A program made the translations under genes and the position numbers. A DNA stretch of 61,453 bases, filler included, from Nemertoderma westbladi (lineage: Eukaryota; Animalia; Xenacoelomorpha), in assembly GCA_032718475.1 (NCBI GenBank). It is 3 parts of 3 records of this genome, joined end to end, with 100 filler letters (N's around TTAATTAATTAA, not from the genome) between each part and the next. Parts side by side here need not be neighbours in the genome. Positions count along the whole stretch, not along the records: positions 1 to 19,917 come from JAUCBJ010006526.1; positions 20,018 to 44,695 come from JAUCBJ010004231.1; 1 more part is not named here. The stretch is one strand, 5' to 3'. Below the pieces are notes generated by a model. That model saw nothing but the letters and a program-made list of their open reading frames with translations. It searched no databases and was not told the DNA's origin. Of this stretch, positions 11,631 to 24,494 are shown piece by piece. How positions within the stretch are numbered: position 1 is the first letter of the stretch; every line of letters begins with the position of its first letter.

Positions 11631-13565
11631 CAGTCGGTGAGAAGTCAAAAATTGGACTTCAAGTCCAATTTTAGACTTCAAGTCCAATTTTGGACTCCAA
11701 AGTCCAATATTGGACTTTAGTACAACTCCAAGTGTACCCATGCTGCCATACTGTATATCGGTATTTAAATCAAAACTTCATCCCGTATCAGTACATATAT
11801 ATTACATAATTACAATGCAACATTATTTTAATGATCAAATTAATTATTATATGTATTATATAAACAGGGATCGCACACGTACAGTCAGACATTAGTAGTT
11901 ACTTTTTGCGGTAGTGGTATAGCTTTGCGGTACCGGTAGCCTTACTGCCTTAGCGGTGTATACCGCGGTAGCGTAGTTGAGTTATAGCTGTATAGTTCAT
12001 TCATTGATTCATACCCATACTGCCATACCTGTGGTATTTTCGTATGGCAAAAATAAGACTACTGTAAACTGTAACTTATTATGTTATTGAGTTAATGTTT
12101 ATTGACTAATTGTTTTGATTAGGTTCACTGTGTCAAGTACAATGCACACATCTCTGCATCTCCAACCAGACACTATATAACATTGGAGTTGGAGGTGTCT
12201 CATTCAGTCATTGGTTCCCCCAAGCTTGACACTAGAACAAAGCCGCCTCCGCTTTGCAGGACATCGCTTTAAGCCGTGAGGACCAGCCAGTGCACCTCAT
12301 GGAGTGAATAAGCATGGTGGACAGCCCATGACTTTCTTGAGACGCATCTTTCTTACTGTCTTAAAGGACACTGGCCTTGAAGATGCGGATGATCTAGCAA
12401 ATGTCATGGCTGATAAGGCTGTAAGGCTGTAAGAGTGTAAGGGAGTTGTGGAGGCGCACTTTTGTCAACAAGCCGGCACAGCATTCTTAATACATAATAG
12501 GGCCTACTGCTATATATATAATGCAGCTGCAATGAATCATGCCGATTGTAGTAGTAGTGTGGTGAGGTTATAGGGCTCCTTCAATTGGTATTAAAGTCAA
12601 AAAGTGGCTGTTTATTGTTTTAGTTAGAAAAGCCTGCCTCTGTAACCTGTTCCTTTCCCTCAATTGGTTTATGATTATGACGTGTGTTACTTGTTACTTC
12701 TGTACTTATTATGTGGAGACCCCAACGCGTTAATCAGTTACTAATCCCATTTCATTATCCTGTTATCCAGCTGTTTTATAATACCCTTCCTGTTGTATGG
12801 AAAAATTAGAAGAGATGGTGGTAGCATCAACTTGTAGTATTTCTTTCTGATAGGGCTCCCATAGCCTTAGACGAAATCGTAGCTTGTACTGTAGTTAGCC
12901 TTACAGCCTTAGCAGCAGCTGCAGTTGGCTAACCTGGCATTGCTACCAGTATCCACCAAATATAATTTGTAATTAAATATTTGTTGGAGCATAATCTAAT
13001 CTAGTCCTAAAGACACTATAAAGTCCTGGGTACATAAGGCTGTAAGGTTAGACATAACATGAATGTAAATTGTGAACTAAACAATATGCTAAAAGCTAAA
13101 AGTAAAGTACAAAGTACCTATAATGCTAGAATGTACCATTTTATTCTAAGTACAGTACAGTCAGTACACTGAAGATACATACAGAGCTGCAAAGGTAGCT
13201 TTCCATAACTTAACAGCTGTCTGGCTGTCTCTCATCTGTCATGCTTCATGTACCTTTAAGTTCGATTCTCAATGTCACGTCCAAAATTGGACTTAAAGTC
13301 CAATATTGGACTTTTGTAAAAATTCAAAGCCTTATAAAAAAAGTTCCCCCTGGTGAATTTCAGGTCCCCCTGTTCAAAACTCTTATTTTTTGATATATTT
13401 TCGATTAAAGAAAAAAAATCCCGCCCGATCCTATTACCCAAGGCCCTGGAGCAATTGGCTGATTTGAAGTCCAATATTGGACTCACAGAAGTCCAATTTT
13501 GGACTTGAACTGGAGTTGAAGTCCAATTTTGGACTCAAGTCCAATTTTTGACTTCTCACCGACTG
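11631..13565. mobile_element. Non-autonomous DNA transposon, 1.9 kb, TIR CAGTCGGTGAGAAGTCAAAAATTGGACTT, 5-bp TSD (copy 1)
   Basis: Perfect terminal inverted repeat; TSD TCTAG at 11626-11630 and 13566-13570; subterminal AAGTCCAAT(A/T)TTGGACTT palindromes; second copy at 34261-36130. Confidence 0.93.
12121..12558 (+). mobile_element. RTE LINE 3' fragment carried inside the DNA element
   Basis: Matches the reverse complement of 30323-30692 (gttcactgtgtcaagtacaatgcacacatctc...gccggcacagcattcttaa...gtagtagtagt). Confidence 0.88.
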
Positions 13566-13679
13566 TCTAGGCCCTGCTAGGTAGTTTTCCAAATATACTG
13601 TACAGCTGTAGCTTTACATAGTAGAGTAGAATATACAGTAGCAGGTAGTACTGTTGTAAATGACAGTTATGTACATTGA

Positions 13680-13765
13680 CATATCCCGATCGGGATATAT
13701 TACCTTATAAGGGTATATCCCGATCGGGATATATTTATATATCCCGATCGGGATAGGGAACCCTA
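13680..13765. repeat. Three ATATCCCGATCGGGATA palindromes ending gggaacccta; probable hAT-like MITE end
   Basis: Palindromes at about 13681, 13715 and 13739; the terminus reads TAGGGTTCCC on the minus strand. Confidence 0.55.
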
Positions 13766-14721
13766 CTGGCAGACTGGCAGGCAGGCGTTGTACAGTCGGG
13801 GAGAAGTTCAAATTTCAACTGAGTTGAAATTTAAAACTTTTTTTTAAAATTCAACTTTTAAGTTGTAAATTCAACTCTAAAATGGCAGGAGGTGCAGAAG
13901 GCCCCCAAGACGTCACAGAAGGCTGGAAGGGGTGTTTTGATTGTTTTTATGGATGTAACTCGAAAAATTAACCCTCATTCAGTCATTACTCATTAGTCAT
14001 TACATTATCATTACCGCTGGACCCTATTGAAAAGTTTTACATGTACGCCGAGCACGTTCGGCGCAGCACTAGAACTTGCGCCGGGAGCTGGCGCAGAAAT
14101 GTGCTACGCCGGGCAATGAGCCGAAAGGGTCGGCGCAGAGATGTGCTACGCCGGCGTAGCCGGCGGAGCACTGGCAATGATAGAGATGCTGCGCTCGGCG
14201 CAGCAGGCGTCGAAATATTCCCGGCGTCGTCGCTGCAGAAATTGACCCGGCCCCTGGTAGGAATCAGCCCAGCACACCCGGCGTACATATTTGCCTGGCG
14301 CAGAAATCAGCCGAACCTAGCACCAGGCAGACAGTGAGACTGAGACAGCACGACAACAGACATGCGTTCATCAGGATCAGACCAACAGCACAGCAACACA
14401 ATAACAACTGGCCATACAGGACAGCAGGAGGCAGAATGGAAACTCTGCAACACTGGCTGACTGAAACTGGTCATTTATTTACGTATTTAACCTTATGCTG
14501 TTAGGAAGTAGGCAGGTAGGCTATCACAGTTCCAGCTATCATCTCATCAGTCATTATTGCTATTGGTCAGTCAGTTTATTTATTTACATGCTGTATTGTA
14601 TAAGCTATATTTATATTACAGTATATTATATTATTTGGATGGAGACTTATACAGTTATACTATGGCACTATTAATAATTAAACAATTTATTACTGAAACA
14701 CAGGCCTTACTGGCTGACCGG

Positions 14722-15530
14722 CTGATCTAGACGCTAGTGGAATGGTGTAACCCATGGAAATTGCAGTTCGATGACTCCAAGTGCAAGGTCAGGTCATGCA
14801 TCTAGTTTCTAGAAATCCCCAAGCAACTTCTGAACTTTACACAATGAATGGACGTACACTTTTTCGGCAACCGAGGAACGTTATTTTGGAATTTCATTTA
14901 CAGCAGACTTGTCCTTCACAACTCACTGCACAAATACTGCAGCCCGTACCATGCGAGTCGTCCATTTAATACGAAGAACTTTCACATATTTGGAAGCTCC
15001 TATGTTTGCCATCTGACCCTGTTATACAAATCCCTTGTTCGGCCTCTCCTTGAATACGACACAGTTATTTGGTCGCCATATCTCCAACATGATATATATT
15101 GATCGTCTTGAACAAGTACAACACCGTGTCACTCGCCTTGTACTATCGCTGGCTGAGTTGTCATATGAAAACCGACTACGTGCACTCAAACTACCGACAT
15201 TAATACAGTATATCGCCGTGTACGAGCCGACCTTTTAACAACATACAAGTTTATCAACGGGATTGACAAAATTGAGCGAATGTAATTTCTTCCAGTTCAG
15301 CAGTTTCGCTCCAAACTCCACCAATGCTCAACACGAGGCTTCCTTGGCGCTGTACTGCTGCTCAAAAGATCAAACTGAAGGACTCAAAGGAGATGCAACA
15401 ACTTTGCAGACAGCGTTGTAAACATTTGGAATCCTTTACCATTACCGGAAAGTGTTGTTAATGCACGTAATACCCTTGGTACTCTATGCTTGAACACATT
15501 CAAAAATATGCTAGACTGCGAAATGTCCCT
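14722..15530 (+). mobile_element. Decayed 3' part of a CR1-like LINE
   Basis: Fragments WKLQFDDSKCKV, LYKSLVRPLLEY..IWSPY, RLEQVQHRVTRLV, SYENRLRALKLPTL in shifting frames. Confidence 0.85.
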
Positions 15531-16314
15531 TAAAATTAATATATAGTGATTCTCCTGTGCGCCAAGTGGCAGTAGCGAAAGCGATATCTTTCCGATATAT
15601 TTCGGATACAACGATATCTTCATTAAAATCTAGCTACAGTACCTATTGTTTTCATTTTTTCAATCCCAAAAAAAAACATTTTTTTGTGTTAAATTTTAAA
15701 ATAGTGTTTTTTATGTTTAATTGTTATCCTATCTGTTGTAGTTACTTTACTTTGCACGTTTTATTTCAGCAGTAATATTTTACTTATGCGACATACCTAC
15801 GGTACCAAATTTATGTTCCGTATAACTACGTTTTTTTGTGTTGTATCCTATAGAGTATTGTAAAATTGTCCCGTATTAATATGTTTGCCTTTAGTACTGT
15901 ATGTTGTTGAAGCTCTTGAACCTAAAGTATGCTTTGCCGGTTTTTAATTTAATTTTACTGTAATTTCATTTTTTTTTAAATAATTAATATGCACCAACTG
16001 TAAGTACTGTAAATAAACTATAATTTTAATTATTTTACTAATTTTACCTGAATACCATTATCCGTATTTTTCTTACAATAGTACACACGCTTATTAGCGT
16101 ACTTTGCCAGATATGTGTTCATTTTATTTTAATATACTGTACGTGTACGTTACGTACATGTGCAAAAATTAATATTTTATTGCTATTCAGGCGATATTAA
16201 TAACATAACATAACATAACATACAGCTATAGTCATTATTCATTCAGACATACCGTATCTGTAGCATAGACGTACAGTATACCGGACCACAGTACGTAGTA
16301 CAGTATGTAGTAAA

Positions 16315-17346
16315 TAAGGTGTACTAAATAACAGGTCATGCAGCGAGCGGATTCCTGAAAAAAGCGTGGGCCGATCGTTTCCCTATTTATGACACTATTT
16401 TCATATTTTCTTAGAAACCCATCTTATGCAACTTTGGTTAGGTGGATATGATGACTAGGATTCATAGAAATGTAATAAAATGTCTTTCTGGAATTATTAT
16501 CTTGTAGTTGCCAAGGTAGCCGGGTGCAAAGTTCAAATTTCGAGCGCCTGTAATTCAAGACGACAAGGGATTCTGTTTTTGAGATTTGGTATAAGAGTAA
16601 AGGGAATAAAAGTCTATCAAAATATTTTACATTTAAATATATTTTCAATCCCGTTTCCATGGTGACGGGAATTACGATAATTTCCCATTATGACCGCCAG
16701 ATTGAAATTGGGCTACTATTTACTACTTATATAAGCCGTCCTTTATTTATAATAATTGCTAACCGAAATTTAATATTCTGGAATGTCATAATCATGCTAT
16801 CACAGGTCTTGCTCTCTGATTGGACAGTTTAGTTTATTGGCAAATATTGACTTTCTGAAATATGATTCACAATTGACGAATTAAAAAATAAAATGTTGGC
16901 AATTTTAACTTATTATTTAGACTGACAAACCGAATAAAAATGGTGTTTTATAGAATTAGTAGACAATTTTTCAAATTTTTCATTATACTTATTTCCATGG
17001 CAACGGGAATGTAAAGAAATTCAAATGTTAAATATTTTGATAGACTTTTATTTCCTTTAATCACCTACCAAATCTCAAGGGAAGAATCCATTGTCGCCTT
17101 GAAATACACGCGCGCAAAGTTTGAACTTTGCACCCGGTTACCTTGGCAACTGCAAGATTAAAATTCCGGAAAGACATTTTATTACATTGCTATGAATCCT
17201 AGTCATCATATCCACCTAACCAAAGTAGCACATAAGAAGTTTCTAAGGAAATATTATGAAAATAGTGCCATAAATAGGGAAAAGGTCGGCCCTACTCTAA
17301 TTTCAGCAATCCGCTCGCTGCATGACCTGTTATTTAGTGCACTTTG
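16315..17346. mobile_element. Palindromic non-autonomous DNA element with ~345-bp TIRs and an 8-bp TSD (P-superfamily-like termini)
   Basis: Arms about 16315-16663 and 16995-17346; ends TAAGGTGTACTAAATA and (rc) CAAAGTGCACTAAATA; GTAGTAAA at 16307-16314 and 17347-17354. Confidence 0.88.
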
Positions 17347-18020
17347 GTAGTAAAGTAGAACGTAGTACATAAATACAAGGACTAGGAGTACTAGTAGACT
17401 AGTAGTCTTTAATATTATTTCTATAATTCATAATCATATTGTAACATTTGAGTAATTTCAAAAAATGTACACCCCCTACTTGACAACAAAAATTAACATG
17501 CAGTGTTTCTTAAGTAGTTGTTTCGTAATGTTACACTTTTGGAATAAAACATCGCAACTACTGTACTTGTTGCACTTGTCTTTATTAAGGTTTTCCGTCT
17601 CTGTATCCTTATTCTCATTTCACCCACCCACAACTTTCGTTCGTTTAAGTAACAACTCGTATTAGTACAATTTCCAAAAGTGCTACTTTACAAACAAATG
17701 CCAATACCATGCTGCCATGAATACTTATTAATGGCACGCTGTACCTGATGATTTAGTTTAACATGCAAGAAATAATAATTATTAAAACCATATAAAGTTT
17801 AATATATTCAAATATCCAAATCCTTCCCCATACTTTTATTTTGGTATCTTATTATTACTTGTTATGGAACGAACATAAGTTTGTCGAATTCGAATACAAT
17901 ACGATATCATGCAGTATTTAAATTAATACAGTACATGTCTCTTCTAGGTACCATCAACTCAAGACAGGGGCGGATGGAAGGGGGGGGGGGGGGGGGGGGT
18001 CATGGGGGATATGTTTCATT

Positions 18021-18826
18021 TAGGGCTCGATCGGAGTTGGGATTTGGCCGGAGCCGGAGCAGGAGCCGGAGTTGGACAATTTGGCCGGAGCCGGAGCAGG
18101 AGCCGGAGTTTTTCAAAAATTTTAAAAAATTAATTATTTATTTAAAAAAAAATAAAGTATGGTTATCGTTCGCCAATCGCTCATAATCAATCATACTGCT
18201 GTACTGTAGGTCTAATTAATTTCATAATTTATAGATTTACGAATTTTCAATTTAAAATTTAAGTAATTAATTTATCACGGACAGACGGCCTGACGCTGAC
18301 GGCTAAAAATTACCTACAGTACCTAACTCACTAACTGTCTAACTGTGGCAGTGTCATAGAGGTGTGTACTGTAGGTAGCCCTACCGCTGTACCGTACGTG
18401 TACCAGTACTGCAGTATCATTGAAAGATATCAAGATTCGGCTGCAGTCTGGCAGTGGTACAGTGTACAATCATAGCATTTACAACAATTTTTTACCGTAG
18501 GGCCTATCTGTAACAGTCTGCTAGTCAGCCAGCTGGCCTGGCCAGTAGTACCAGTACTGCAGTACAGTCAGTCAGTCATTGTCAGATTGTCATTGACTAA
18601 GTAATTACTGCAGTATTATGCTTGATATTGACAGATTGAAGCTGTACTATATACTATATTATAGTACTTATAGTGTAAATAATTGTTCAGATTAGAATAT
18701 GCACGAAATATAATACTTTATTAAAAAATTAACTCCGGCAATATTTTTACCGGAGCCGGAGCAGGAGCCGGAGGTGCCAAAATGGCCGGAGCCGGAGCCG
18801 GAGGCCGGAGCTCCGATCGAGCCCTA
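18021..18826. mobile_element. hAT-like MITE, TIR TAGGGCTCGATCGGAG
   Basis: Perfect 16-bp TIR; (gccgga)n subterminal repeats; TTCATT duplicated at 18015-18020 and 18827-18832. Confidence 0.85.
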
Positions 18827-19341
18827 TTCATTACATACGTCATACATATTTTATAAATTACATACAGTACTATATGCAGCTGCAGTATAATAGATAACAA
18901 AATAAACTAGGCCTATGTACTGTACAGTATATCAGCCAGATTTTATTATATTTTATGTTTTATACCAGTCAGCCCGGTGCAGCTTTGAAGAGCCGGCGGA
19001 AGATTTTTCACCCGGCGCAGCATTTTGCATTGCACAGAGCCAGCACAGGATTTTTGCACCCGGCGTGATTTTGCACAGAGCCGGCGCAAGATTTTTTGCA
19101 CCCGGCGTGATTTTGCTTAGAGCCGGCGCAGGATGTTTGGCACCCGGCGCCGCGTTCGGCGCAGAAAATAAAACTTTTCAATAGGGCCGCTGGACAGATG
19201 GAATAAAAAGTTCACCGTCGGGAATACTTTTTTTAAAAACATTTTAAGTGATTACATTTCCAAATTAGCTGAAATACTACAGGAATTTATTAGATGTATT
19301 AAATTACCACTGAATGTCATAATTATTATACAATGGAATAC

Positions 19342-19809
19342 GGGTCCTACGAATTACCCCAAAATACCCCAAAACACCCCAAAATACTCCAAAATACCCC
19401 AAAATAGTCAAAAATTACCCCAAAATACCCCAAAAAGGCTAAAAAATTACCCCAAAATACCCCAAAATAAGCTAACAATGTTTTTTAACAGCGAGGGAAA
19501 GGAGCAGGTTACAGTGGCAAGTTTTTTTAACCAAAACAATAAACGAGAGTGAAGAAAAACATTTTAATTATTTTGGGGTAATTCGTCATTATTTTGGGGT
19601 AATTCGTCATTTTGCCATATTTTGGGGTAAATTAAATTTCCAAAACAAAGGCTCAAAAAAAAGTATTTTGGGGTAATTCTAAACTATTTCTGTATTTTGG
19701 GGTGTTTTGGGGTAATTATAAACTATTTTGGGGTATTTTGGGGTAGTTTTATACTATTTTGGGGTCTTTTGGGGTGTTTTGGGGTATTTTGGGGTAATTC
19801 GTAGGACCG
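19342..19809. mobile_element. MITE with TIRs built of (TACCCCAAAA)n, 8-bp TSD
   Basis: ggtcctacgaattaccccaaaatacccc / ggggtattttggggtaattcgtaggacc; TGGAATAC at 19334-19341 and 19810-19817. Confidence 0.88.
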
Positions 19810-19917
19810 TGGAATACCAGTAATTCCATATTTCAGTATTTCCAAAGTTACTCCAAAAGTTGAATTTTAATAGGCCTAAAAAGTTGAATTTTAAAAAATA
19901 AAGTTGAAATTTCAACT

Positions 19918-20017
19918 NNNNNNNNNNNNNNNNNNNNNNNNNNNNNNNNNNNNNNNNNNNNTTAATTAATTAANNNNNNNNNNNNNNNNNNNNNNNNNNN
20001 NNNNNNNNNNNNNNNNN
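19918..20017. other. Artificial contig spacer (44 N + TTAATTAATTAA + 44 N)
   Basis: Exactly 100 bp, with a central 12-mer that gives stops in all six frames. Confidence 0.97.
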
Positions 20018-20839
20018 ATCCACTGTTGAATTAATTTGAAGCGATATAATAAGTACAAAATTGTGCGAGTTTTTAATTGTGTGGTCCAATTGTTATTTGA
20101 TTTCTATTTATTATTTAAAGTGCATTTAATATCACACTGGTTTTTAGAATATTATACTATACAACCTTATGTTTTATTAATTTACCCAATCGAAGCCTCA
20201 TAAGGGCCGGTTATTTGTACGCATATCCCCTAATGCGCTCAGTAAGGTTCATACAACATATTAATATGAAAATAAAGTATCTGCAAAGAAAAGAACCCAA
20301 TACTATATAATTTGACCTTATTAAAAAATTTGCACTTTTGCACACTTATTTGTACAAATGCACTTTAGCAGATCGTAATGGTGGCTCTTATTTAACAAAC
20401 TTATGTTTATCCTCTACCGATCTACGATGGTGTATGATCAAGTGTCAGTCGCTAAAAGTGTCAAAAATCCAATTTAATAAATCTGGATTTGCGATTTTGG
20501 ACCATATTCATGGACATTTTTAAGTCACTTTATAGACATAAAAAGTTAAACAAATGTTACGATTATAGTTAGAAATCATTCCAAACTACATTTTAATCCA
20601 AAAAATAACATTCTACGATGAATAGAACTGGAAATATCAGTGTTTGAAATATCGAAAAAATGTTCACTATTTAAGTGCATTTTGCACTAAGTGCACATGC
20701 GTCTTTTCCCAAGTTGTACCCTATTTCACACACTACAATCTATCCTCTATCCAATGAAAAAAGTTTCAGATTAAACGGCCCTGTAGAACCGAAGTTATTT
20801 ATGTTTAAAAATAGTCACTCGAAAATTTCAAATTCTCTT

Positions 20840-20913
20840 GGTCACCTAGTCTAGTGGTTATCAATCACGTTAATGAAACCTAAGTTCGCGGGTTCGAAAT
20901 CCAATATTGACCT
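20840..20913 (+). pseudogene. tRNA-derived remnant (Ile-AAT-like) or SINE head
   Basis: A-box-like tagtctagtgg, B-box gggttcgaaatcc, ggtca...tgacc ends; taatgaaacctaagttcgcgggttcga resembles the 3' half of metazoan tRNA-Ile(AAT); stems are degenerate. Confidence 0.5.
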
Positions 20914-23900
20914 GACCATTCTTAATTTTTGAGCAAAAAAAATTATTTTTATTTTTTCACTAAAATCGCTCTAACTTCGGTTCTGGTAGTCCAAATTCAA
21001 TAAAATTGGTATATTCTTTGCCGTAATTTTTTTCTTAATCTTTTGAGAAGGGGTTATTTTTGGCCCCAAAAAAATTAAAAAAAAGGGCCAAAATAACGCG
21101 ATATTTTTCGACCCTTAAAATTCGTAATTTTAATTATATATGTTTAGATAAAAGATAGCGGTGTTAATTTGATACTTTTTACAGGTACTTTTGGCGCAAT
21201 ACGCTAAATTATAATGGAATAGCGATTTGTTAAAAAAAAAAATTTTTCGTCCCTTTTTATAAATATTATATTTCACACGATCGCCTGCCGCTCCAGTTTT
21301 ATAATACCTCCGGCGCTGTGATTAACGCTGTTAGATAGATAATTTAACGCACTATAAGTCTGTGTAAACAAATCTCCCGTAAGTTAAGTAGTTTTCGAGC
21401 TAGACGATTTCCCACGAAGCAAGTTTGAAGCGCGAAATTATAATTTTGGCCCTCATTTTTTTAATATCATCCTTGGAGCAAAGCCGATAGCATATTTGAA
21501 TTCCCCGTATGGATATTGACTGTATAGAATGTACCTTAACCAACTAAAGTTAAAAATAAAAAATTATTCGATAAAAACTACTTTACAAATTCTGGCCCTT
21601 TTTGGCCCCTATTGCCGAGATATTTTTTTTACCCCCATTCGATAGGAACATAGCCCCAATGGTCTTCTACGAGTTTCATAAAAGAATTAGTTGATTCCTA
21701 CCCGCGTTGTCGAATTAAATATTTCGGAAATAAGTTTACCAAAAAAGACGGAAAAACGTACAAATTTACAGCCCCTTTTTCCACCCGAAATTTTAATAAA
21801 TATCTTACCCCCATTCGATACGAAGGTAGTACCACTCTTCCCCTTTCCAACCGCGTTACTTTCGTCCCCGTACGATTAATATTAGCCGAGTTATAGCGGA
21901 TCCTGCAAAGTCATTTTGTCCGTTTTTTCAACTTTGACGGACAATTTCGGAAAAAAGGCGTGGTAATCTTTTTTGAAAAAAAAAACGAATTCACTAATTA
22001 ATCCCTTCTATCGTATCCCGGCGTCGGCTAAGCAATAACCTAGGGTTTTTTCGAGCCACTGTAGAGCGCCTTTCAAAAAAATTTTAAAAAAGTCGAAAAA
22101 ATGACGGATTTTTGTCCGCCGTGTCCGTCGAAGGGTTAGATTTAATAATGTTAGAGTTGCTAATATCTTAGAATTCCGAGCCGCTCCCCTGGTGAGAAAA
22201 TAAAAAAATTGGTCAGTTCCTTCATCGAAAAGTCCCCCAGAATCCAAAGTTAACCTATATAGTTAGCGATGGCCTGCGGCTTTAGGAGCGGCCGCGGTAT
22301 TCACCTCCCTCATAGCGGCCGCGGCGGTGTTGCGTCAAATGGAGAAATATTTATCCCACCAAGCGTTTAAAAAAGTGTCTCCGGCGATATAGAGCCAGTC
22401 GTACTGCAGTTATTCTAATCTTCACCAGGGATGGCATAACGAAACGAAACGAAATAATAATAAATAATGTTTCGTTTCGTTAAATTTAAAAGTAATTAAT
22501 CATTCTGATAAAAATTAAAGAAATATATAAAATAACAATTTATAAAATAATTGAAAATAAATAACTTATGATGATGATATTCTCCATAATAGATAATTGT
22601 GGTACCGGTAATGTAAACCGAGTAAATTATTACATTCGCAGCAACCTTTATTGCCTACAAGATACGTTTCCATTGCAATGCAACAGACTAGGGCGGATTA
22701 CAGTAGAACTGTAATCAGCACTAAGGCAATAACACTGATAGTAAATAGCTAGGAATATACAATACAATGGAGCAACTGGTATACTTTATGCATTTCACAT
22801 GTCGGGCCGTTAAGTGTATAAATCAAAATTTTAGAAAAAAAAAACGAAAAGAAACGAATTTAAAATCTATGAAACGAAACGAAAATTTCATAGATTGATA
22901 AAAAACGAAACTAAATTGACTTGATGATAACTTGATATAATGGATTGATTTGATATTGTTAAATATGAAAATGAAATGAAATAAAGTGCAAATGAAAAAT
23001 AGAACAAAGTACCGTAATATTAACTGTAGTTTTTTTTATACTCTCTCTAACTAAAGAGATAGATACCGGTAACTAAATTTCTAATATTTCTAAATTGCCT
23101 GTCGAATATATGAGCCACAGTCATTCACTTAACATCAAGGCTTGCGCACTGGGACAACAATAATTATTATGACTAGTTATAATTAGTATATCGGCACAAG
23201 TGTACTATTATATATATATTAAGTGTTAGTGAGGCTGAGCCACCTTGGGCTGAGCCCAACCAAATACAAATATTATGCAAAAAGTAGTCGTCAGCTCAGC
23301 ATGTAGATAATCATAATATGATAGCTGTGCTTTAGAGTTTATCATATTCATAATATGAATGAATATGATACAAACTATGATAAAATTGTCTTGTATTGCA
23401 TTGTATTTGCTTAATTTTAAATTAGTTTGAATTTAAAAGAAAATTTATTTTAATGTTTTATGGAAAATTTACAGTAATTGTAAATTTTGTCAACAATTCG
23501 TCGAAATGGAAATCCAGTCAAAATTTTAAATCCGGCCGGAACCGAATTTTTTTCTCATAGTCCGGCCGGATATCCGGCACACCCCTAGTCTAATTTATAT
23601 AAAGTATATTTCAAAAACAAAAAATAAAGCCAATTGAGATAAAGATTATTAATCAAAGTTGTTATATAAGTTATACATAATTGTCAAATAAAGACACCAC
23701 TGTCTCTATGAGAACCCCGAAGTGTCCTAGAAACACAGAACGAAAAACAGTCAGAATGGCAATGTTGGCGCCCACATACAGGGTTGCCCTGATCGGAGGT
23801 GTTTACAGGCCCCTTACTTTTTTTCCCATAAGAAAGTGTCACAATTTATATTTGCCTATTTAATATATGAATTGGAGTTGAGTTGGAGAGCTGGTTGCTA

Positions 23901-23961
23901 GGAGCAACTGTAATTAATAATGTAATATTATGGCTTTGTTTAGAAATCCAAAAAATTAGGA

Positions 23962-24037
23962 ACTACGTCACCGGGGGTTGAACCAACGCTATACGTACGT
24001 TTCGGCCTATTCAGTAGCGCTAACCAGTTCGGCCACT
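23962..24037 (-). pseudogene. tRNA-derived Pol III promoter remnant (SINE head)
   Basis: Minus strand agtggccgaactggttagcg (A box) ... ggttcaaccccc (B box). Confidence 0.5.
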
Positions 24038-24494
24038 CTTCCATAACCATTGCCTTCCTATTAAATCCACTTCCACTGGTGGACAGGCAGTAACAGTCCG
24101 GGTTCAACACCCGCTGACAATCTTACTTATTTTTTTCTATATTATAATAACTAATAAATATAAGGAGACTTACCGTAAATATCTAAAATAGCGATCCACT
24201 CAGATTGTATATAAAGACTCTAACGATGGCTTCATCAGCAGCACAAACATTGAAATCGAATGTACAACATAAACAGTAAGCTCGATATAATTAATATATA
24301 TTAAGTAGCTACCGGCCAGAAATCAGAGATTGAGCTGAACCTAATTATTAAATAGGAGTTATGGTAATCAGAGATTAGGCGGGGTAATATATTAATAATA
24401 TATACATAAATAATTAAAATATTCATAATTTGAAGGGCGAAACAACACAGTTAAAAAATTGTATTAACAAATAAACATAGTTAATGTCTCTTAA

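Larger units (their letters stand above)
14022..19186. mobile_element. Non-autonomous DNA element, TIR CCCTATTGAAAAGTTTTA, 8-bp TSD
   Basis: CCGCTGGA at 14014-14021 and 19187-19194; GC-rich cggcgcag subterminal repeats at both ends. Confidence 0.85.
13793..19917. mobile_element. Related CAGTCGG-ended DNA element, outer layer of the nest; right end cut by the gap
   Basis: Left end cagtcggggagaagttcaaatttcaactgagttgaaattt; inverted subterminal repeats aagttgaatttt...aagttgaaatttcaact at 19858-19917. Confidence 0.7.

Noticed and set aside
14037-14337. Arg-rich 98-aa ORF and its antisense partner
   Set aside because: They arise from GC-rich subterminal repeats of the 14022-19186 element.
19962-19973. 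TTAATTAATTAA inside N runs as a biological motif or piggyBac target
   Set aside because: It is an artificial six-frame-stop linker, repeated identically at the second gap.
20840-20913. Functional tRNA gene
   Set aside because: Acceptor, anticodon and T stems pair poorly; kept only as a tRNA-derived remnant.
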